From NCBI GenBank assembly GCA_013378385.1, contig JACAFS010000001.1, positions 11,501 to 43,500 on the forward strand: DNA of 32,000 bases. The letters run 5' to 3'. The notes under the pieces were generated by a model that was not told where the DNA came from, did no database searches, and saw only the letters and a list, made by a program, of their open reading frames with translations. This DNA is from Nitrososphaerota archaeon. GTDB taxonomy: Archaea > Thermoproteota > Nitrososphaeria > Nitrososphaerales > UBA57. Position numbers and translations under genes: made by a program. This document shows positions 27,058 through 32,000 of this stretch, piece after piece; position 1 is the first letter of the stretch; each line of letters opens with the position of its first letter.

Positions 27058-28338
27058 ATGGACGATATCGATAAAACTATAATAAAAATTCTCACAAAAG
27101 ATTCTAGAACTCCTAATACTGAAATTGCTCAACAAGTAAAACTATCTGAGTCTAGTGTAAGAGCTCGTATTGATAAACTTGTTTCTTCAGGCGCAATAAA
27201 AAATTTTACTATTACTCTGAGCGATAAACATCTTACACTATTGGAAAACTCACTAAAAATTTACTCTCCTTCTGGTCAAGAAAAACAATTCTCCGATTTC
27301 TTATTCGACACATTGAATAATTCTGGATTTACTCATGTACGTCGTGATTCCGCTAATAATGTATATGGTGAAATTGGTGAAGGTTCTCCTACTCTTTTAT
27401 TATGTGGGCACATGGATACTGTTCCCGGTCTGATTAATGTAGAAATCAAAGATCATGCAATCTATGGTAGAGGGGCATCTGACGCTAAATCTTCTTTAAT
27501 ATCTATGCTTATAGCGGCTTCTTCATTCAAAGATAAATTAAAATCTGGAAGAATAATCTTTTCTGCAGTTACTGATGAGGAAGGCACAGGTTTAGGAATT
27601 AGAGAGTTACTTAAAGATGGACTGAAAGAACAACCTGATTGTGCTATCTTTGGGGAACCTAGTGGAATAGATAAAATTACAGTTGGATACAAAGGTAGAT
27701 TTTCTGTTAAATTTACTTGTGAAACCCCTACCGTACATGCTAGTGCACCCTGGATGTCTTCTAACGCAATTGAATTATTATTCATATTATGGAACGATAT
27801 CAAAACTAAACTTCAAACTAATGAAGATAATCGTTATAAACAGATTACTTCGTGTTTGACCCAAATTAATGGAGGAAATGCCGATAATGTAATGCCTGGT
27901 AGTTGTAACTTGATGTGTGATATTCGTTATCCTTTTAATTATAATCCTGATCAAATAACTAACAAAATCGCCGACATCATATCTAATTTTAATAAAAAAT
28001 ATTCTATTGAAGATAATGTGAAATCTACCTTTGCTTATGAAATTATTGACTCTACTCCTGCTTTTGAATGTTCTAAATCCTCAGTTGTTAGCCGCTCTGT
28101 AAGCCGAGCTATAATCAAAAAACTCAATTCTAAGCCTCAATTTGTACATAAAACTGGCACTGGTGATATGAATCTTCTTGGAAATAAGATGAATATACCC
28201 GTACTCACTTATGGACCCGGAAATCCTCATCTATCTCATACTTCTAATGAACATATTATGATTGATGAGTTCCTTACGTCAATTGATATATATCAAAATT
28301 CAATTGAAAATGTTTTCAATCTTATCCAAAGAATTTAA
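27058..28338 (+). CDS. lysK: LysK/ArgE M20 metallohydrolase ([LysW]-lysine/ornithine hydrolase family) with an N-terminal AsnC/Lrp-type helix-turn-helix domain fused in frame
   Basis: Residues 1-56, MDDIDKTIIKILTKDSRTPNTEIAQQVKLSESSVRARIDKLVSSGAIKNFTITL, match the Lrp/AsnC HTH. From ~residue 60 the protein reads LLENSLKIYSPSGQEKQFSDFL, LLLCGHMDTVPG, YGRGASDAKS and TDEEGTG (M20/ArgE/LysK). 426 aa, about 60-70 aa longer than I expect for stand-alone LysK (from memory). No stop separates the two parts. Confidence 0.85.
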   Translation: MDDIDKTIIKILTKDSRTPNTEIAQQVKLSESSVRARIDKLVSSGAIKNFTITLSDKHLTLLENSLKIYSPSGQEKQFSDFLFDTLNNSGFTHVRRDSANNVYGEIGEGSPTLLLCGHMDTVPGLINVEIKDHAIYGRGASDAKSSLISMLIAASSFKDKLKSGRIIFSAVTDEEGTGLGIRELLKDGLKEQPDCAIFGEPSGIDKITVGYKGRFSVKFTCETPTVHASAPWMSSNAIELLFILWNDIKTKLQTNEDNRYKQITSCLTQINGGNADNVMPGSCNLMCDIRYPFNYNPDQITNKIADIISNFNKKYSIEDNVKSTFAYEIIDSTPAFECSKSSVVSRSVSRAIIKKLNSKPQFVHKTGTGDMNLLGNKMNIPVLTYGPGNPHLSHTSNEHIMIDEFLTSIDIYQNSIENVFNLIQRI

Positions 28339-28374
28339 TAATGTACATTTTCCATTAACTACTCAGTGTAGCTA

Positions 28375-30567
28375 ATGCCAAAATACAAATCTACAAATGA
28401 CATTATGAAAGTCATAAGCAATAAAGATCAAATTAGAAATTTCAGTGTTATTGCTCATGTAGATCATGGCAAAACTACTATGAGTGATAGCCTACTTTCT
28501 GGTTGTGGTATTATTAGTCCTAGTGTTGCTGGAGAAGCTCTTGCATTAGACACTATGGATATGGAACAGAAACGAGGTATTACTATTAATTCAACTAATA
28601 TTACTCTTTATCACGAACATGAAAATGTTCCATTTGTTTTTAACATGATAGATACTCCTGGCCATGTAGATTTTAATACACGTGTTTCAAGAAGTCTACG
28701 TGCAATTGACGGAGCTGTCGTTGTTTCTGACGCTGTAGAAGGAGTTATGACTCAGACTGAAACAGTAACAAGACAAGCCTTGGAAGAACTTGTCCGTCCT
28801 GTTCTTTATATTAATAAAATCGATAGACTTGTAAAAGAACTAAGATTAACTCCTGAAAAAATGCAAGAACATCTTATGGGTGTAATACGTGAATTTAATG
28901 CATTGATTGATTTATATGCCGAACCTGAATTAAAAGACAAATGGAAAGTTAGTATTCAGGATAATAGTATTGCCTTTGGATCTGCAAAAGATAGATGGGC
29001 TTTCAGTGCTGCTACTTCGAAGAAGTCAGGTGTAAATTTCAAGACTATTTTTGACGCCTATAACAATGATAAAGTAGACGAACTTGTAGAGAATTCTCCA
29101 TTACACGAAGCAATTCTCGGCATGGTTATTCAACATCATCCTGCTCCTCACGTAGCTCAAAAATATAGAATTCCTAAAATATGGAAAGGAGATTTGGATA
29201 GCGAAATAGGAAAAGCACTTATAAATTGTGATGAAAAAGGACCTGCCGTCATGATGATTGTAAATATCAATATTGACCCTATGGCAGGTAGTGTAGCTAC
29301 TGGCAGATTATTCTCTGGAACTTTGAAAGACGGAGATACAGTACAACTATTGGGAGCAAAAAGATCAGGTAGAATCCAATCTGTTAATATGTTTATGGGA
29401 AATCAACGCGAACTTGTCGGTCAATTTACTGCTGGTAATATTCCTGCATTGTTAGGCCTTGAACATGCACGAGCTGGCGAAACCTTGAGCTCCCAAAAAG
29501 GATTTGTCGAATTTGAATCTATTTCATATGTATCTGAACCTGTTGTGACAATCGCTATCGAATCAAAACATCCTAAAGAACTACCTAAATTAGTCGAAGC
29601 ATTACGTAAACTCAATATTGAAGATCCAAGTCTTGTAGTAAAAATTAATGAAGAAAGTGGTGAAATGTTGATTGCTGGAATGGGCGTATTACATCTTGAA
29701 GTTGCTACAAATCTATTGAAAGAACAAAATATTGAGATTATTACTTCTCCTCCACTTATTAATTATCGAGAAACTATTTCTGGTAAAGCTGGACCAATCA
29801 TGGCAAAATCTCCCAATCGACATAACAAATTATTCTTTAGGGTCGAGCCTTTATCTAATACCGTAATTGAATTAATTCGTTCAGGAAAAATTTCTGATAA
29901 TACCGATAAAAAAGAACTTGCTGAAATATTAAGAAATGAAGGTTGGGATAGGGATGAAGCTAAACGCGTTGTTTCAATTGAACCTGGCGGAAACATGTTT
30001 GTCGATGCTACTAAGGGTGTACAATATGTACAAGAGTCAATGGATTCTATACTTGCAGGATTTTTTGACGTAGTGAATAATGGACCAATTGCTTATGAGA
30101 ACGTTCGTGGTTTTAAAGCTACATTCCATCATTATGTGCCTCACGAAGACGTCGCACATCGTAGTTATGCACAACTAATGCCTGCAACTCGTCGTGCTTT
30201 ACTTGGTGCTTTGTTGTCTGCTACTCCTACTCTTCTTGAACCTATTCAAGGTATTGAAGTAAAAGCTCCAGCCGATTTAATTGGAGAAATAGCCGGTGTA
30301 ATATCATCTAAACGTGGCAAAGTAGGTGAAATCACTCAAAAGGCTCATTTATCAGTAATACATGGAGAAATCCCTGCTTCTGAAACATTTGACTTGTCCG
30401 AAAAAATGAGAGGTGCTACTGCAGGTAAAGCCATCTGGTCTACACACTTTAAAGAATGGTCTCAGGTTCCAAATTCTATGCTTGAAACTGTAATTGCCGA
30501 TATTCGAAAACGACGTGGTTTATCTCCTTCTCCTCCTCCTGCATCGGATTTCATCGATAAAGATTAA
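28375..30567 (+). CDS. fusA: Translation elongation factor aEF-2
   Basis: IAHVDHGKTT, DTPGHVDF, INKIDR (G1/G3/G4 motifs). Domain IV loop reads HEDVAHRSYAQ. 730 aa. Confidence 0.95.
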   Translation: MPKYKSTNDIMKVISNKDQIRNFSVIAHVDHGKTTMSDSLLSGCGIISPSVAGEALALDTMDMEQKRGITINSTNITLYHEHENVPFVFNMIDTPGHVDFNTRVSRSLRAIDGAVVVSDAVEGVMTQTETVTRQALEELVRPVLYINKIDRLVKELRLTPEKMQEHLMGVIREFNALIDLYAEPELKDKWKVSIQDNSIAFGSAKDRWAFSAATSKKSGVNFKTIFDAYNNDKVDELVENSPLHEAILGMVIQHHPAPHVAQKYRIPKIWKGDLDSEIGKALINCDEKGPAVMMIVNINIDPMAGSVATGRLFSGTLKDGDTVQLLGAKRSGRIQSVNMFMGNQRELVGQFTAGNIPALLGLEHARAGETLSSQKGFVEFESISYVSEPVVTIAIESKHPKELPKLVEALRKLNIEDPSLVVKINEESGEMLIAGMGVLHLEVATNLLKEQNIEIITSPPLINYRETISGKAGPIMAKSPNRHNKLFFRVEPLSNTVIELIRSGKISDNTDKKELAEILRNEGWDRDEAKRVVSIEPGGNMFVDATKGVQYVQESMDSILAGFFDVVNNGPIAYENVRGFKATFHHYVPHEDVAHRSYAQLMPATRRALLGALLSATPTLLEPIQGIEVKAPADLIGEIAGVISSKRGKVGEITQKAHLSVIHGEIPASETFDLSEKMRGATAGKAIWSTHFKEWSQVPNSMLETVIADIRKRRGLSPSPPPASDFIDKD

Positions 30568-30590
30568 TCGTTCTTTGCTTCACATTATTC

Positions 30591-31052
30591 GTGAATGCTC
30601 AGTCATCTGTTAGATTTTCTCATTATCGGTTCGACGATTTATCTCTAGTTGATCTTTATGATATCTTGAAAATCAGAAGTCTCGTCTTCAACCATCAACA
30701 ACGATTAATCGATATTTCCGATGGAAAATGTATTGAAATTGACGGCAAAGATGTGTTTTGTACGCATATAGTTGGTAGACTCCAAGACAATCAAATTGTT
30801 GCTACTGCTCGATTATTCGATCGCCAGTCTCCTCTCAAATTAGGAAGGTTTGCCGTAGATCCTGATTTTCAAAAACATGGTTTTGGGACTCAACTTCTAG
30901 ATTATCTTGATTCTATTATTGACTCGAAGCCAATCGAGATGGATGCGCAATCTTATCTCATTGATTGGTATTCAAAATTTGGTTGGTCTGTTTCTGGCCC
31001 TGAATTCATTGAATGTGGAATTAAACACGTGAGAATGATAAAAAATTTATGA
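30591..31052 (+). CDS. GNAT family N-acetyltransferase, ElaA-like
   Basis: LYDILKIRSLVF.., ATARLF...LKLGRFAVDPDFQKHGFGTQLL (acetyl-CoA-binding R/Q-x-x-G-x-G/A-like), FYxxFG-like WYSKFGW, GIKHVRM. GTG start. Confidence 0.7.
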   Translation: MNAQSSVRFSHYRFDDLSLVDLYDILKIRSLVFNHQQRLIDISDGKCIEIDGKDVFCTHIVGRLQDNQIVATARLFDRQSPLKLGRFAVDPDFQKHGFGTQLLDYLDSIIDSKPIEMDAQSYLIDWYSKFGWSVSGPEFIECGIKHVRMIKNL

Positions 31053-32000
31053 TTAGTTAATCTGCACTAATTTTTTAAATTCACTATCAATCTTTTCAGG
31101 GGCTATATTTAATCCATTAATTATTATCTCATTGAATATCTCTAATGCTCGTTTCTCTTCTAACGCACCTACTATTATTGATACACCACTATCAACAATA
31201 CTGATTGTTATTTGTTCATTATATTGTATTGTTGTACCTAGTTTGCCTCTTCTAATTATGTTTAATTTCTTATCTACGATAATCTTGTTCAGCTCATCTA
31301 AATCAATTTCTAGATTATCTTTTGGACTTACTATGTGAACCGATTTACCTTCTCTACCGCATATGTCTTCTATTAATTTTCTTCTTGATCTCTTTGTCGA
31401 TAAATCTGCATTTACTCCACAGACATTACATTTGGTCTGTTTTATTATTCTAACTTTATCATAATCTAAATTTTTTATATCTGCTAGGAATAATTTATTT
31501 GCTAAATTTGGTTCTTGTCCAGTTATTATTTTTACAGCCTCAGACACTTGAACACTTGATATTGTAGTCAATATTGAAGGATGAACTCCTTCAGTGCCGC
31601 ATTTTGGCATTTCTTCATCTTTTAGTGATGGCTGGAAACACTCTAAACATGGTGTTTTTCCAGGAATTATTGAAGTAGAAGAACCTGTAGTTACTATTGC
31701 AGATCCAAAAATATATGGTATATTCAATTTTACACATGCTCTATTTATTGAATATCTTGCAGATACTGAATCTAAACCATCAATCACTACGTCTGAACCT
31801 GTGACTACTTCATCTACAGTGTCATCATTAATTGATAATGTTAAAGGCTCGATATCTACCAGTGGATTTATTCTTTTTAATCTCTCGTAAGCCGCTTCAG
31901 CTTTTGATAATCCAACATCTTCATCTCCATATAGTACTTGTCTGTGTAAATTTGATACTTCTACAACATCTCTATCTACTATTCTTATTTTTCCAATCCC
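31053..32000 (-). CDS. E1-like ThiF/MoeB/UbaA family adenylyltransferase with a ~115-aa C-terminal extension; 5' end lies beyond the right window edge
   Basis: The frame is open from nt 32000: GIGKIRIVDRDVVEVSNLHRQVLY...DVVIDGLDSVSARYSINRACVKLNIPYIFGSA. Two Zn-type CxxC pairs are present (CLEC, CNVC). The track start at 31787 is an internal GTG. Confidence 0.85.
   Translation of the reverse strand, partial: GIGKIRIVDRDVVEVSNLHRQVLYGDEDVGLSKAEAAYERLKRINPLVDIEPLTLSINDDTVDEVVTGSDVVIDGLDSVSARYSINRACVKLNIPYIFGSAIVTTGSSTSIIPGKTPCLECFQPSLKDEEMPKCGTEGVHPSILTTISSVQVSEAVKIITGQEPNLANKLFLADIKNLDYDKVRIIKQTKCNVCGVNADLSTKRSRRKLIEDICGREGKSVHIVSPKDNLEIDLDELNKIIVDKKLNIIRRGKLGTTIQYNEQITISIVDSGVSIIVGALEEKRALEIFNEIIINGLNIAPEKIDSEFKKLVQIN

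Noticed and set aside
31330-31400. Rhodanese domain in the C-terminal extension of the E1-like protein, suggested by the CGREGKS stretch
   Set aside because: Spacing does not fit the C-x-x-G-x-R-S/T active-site loop. The Cys also sits at the very start of the extension rather than in the C-terminal half of a rhodanese fold.
1-32000. tRNA, rRNA, CRISPR arrays, transposases/integrases, toxin-antitoxin pairs or known defence systems
   Set aside because: No non-coding gap is long enough for an RNA gene, apart from 11272..11482, which is the rnhB tail. No spaced direct-repeat array is visible, and no ORF shows transposase, integrase, nuclease-helicase or TA-like motifs.

Overview
AT-rich, tightly packed archaeal chromosomal segment. 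Gene content includes class I LysRS, ribosomal protein S30e, Nop5-fibrillarin, aEF-2, the LysW carrier-protein pathway and archaeal myo-inositol-1-phosphate synthase. This fits a Nitrosopumilales-type thaumarchaeon, but that lineage call is inference only. About 34 protein genes fill the window with very short or overlapping junctions. I saw no rRNA, tRNA, CRISPR array or mobile element, and no intergenic gap exceeds about 90 nt once the interrupted rnhB is accounted for. Layout: (i) 1-6839 is a surface-glycan-type cluster. It holds a NeuA-type cytidylyltransferase fused to a complete LarA-type nickel-pincer racemase/epimerase domain, convergent with a minus-strand run of methyltransferase, PIG-L deacetylase, SDR epimerase/dehydratase and two GT4 glycosyltransferases. 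(ii) 6874-19557 is housekeeping: lysS, S30e, nop5-flpA, rnhB, NTPase, uppS, purA, pyrF, and a Nudix-IMPase/MIPS inositol module. (iii) 20302-28338 is an eight-gene translationally coupled operon, argG-argH-lysW-lysX-lysY-lysZ-lysJ-lysK. (iv) aEF-2, an ElaA-like GNAT and a partial E1-like ThiF/MoeB gene follow. Points most worth follow-up: the NeuA-LarA fusion and its glycan cluster; an AsnC/Lrp-type HTH fused to the N-terminus of LysK; an in-frame TGA replacing the conserved Ser of the AAASIIAK motif in RNase HII; and a 57-codon lysW that the ORF track missed. Many track start codons are TTG or GTG chosen as the longest extension, so 5' ends are less certain than 3' ends.
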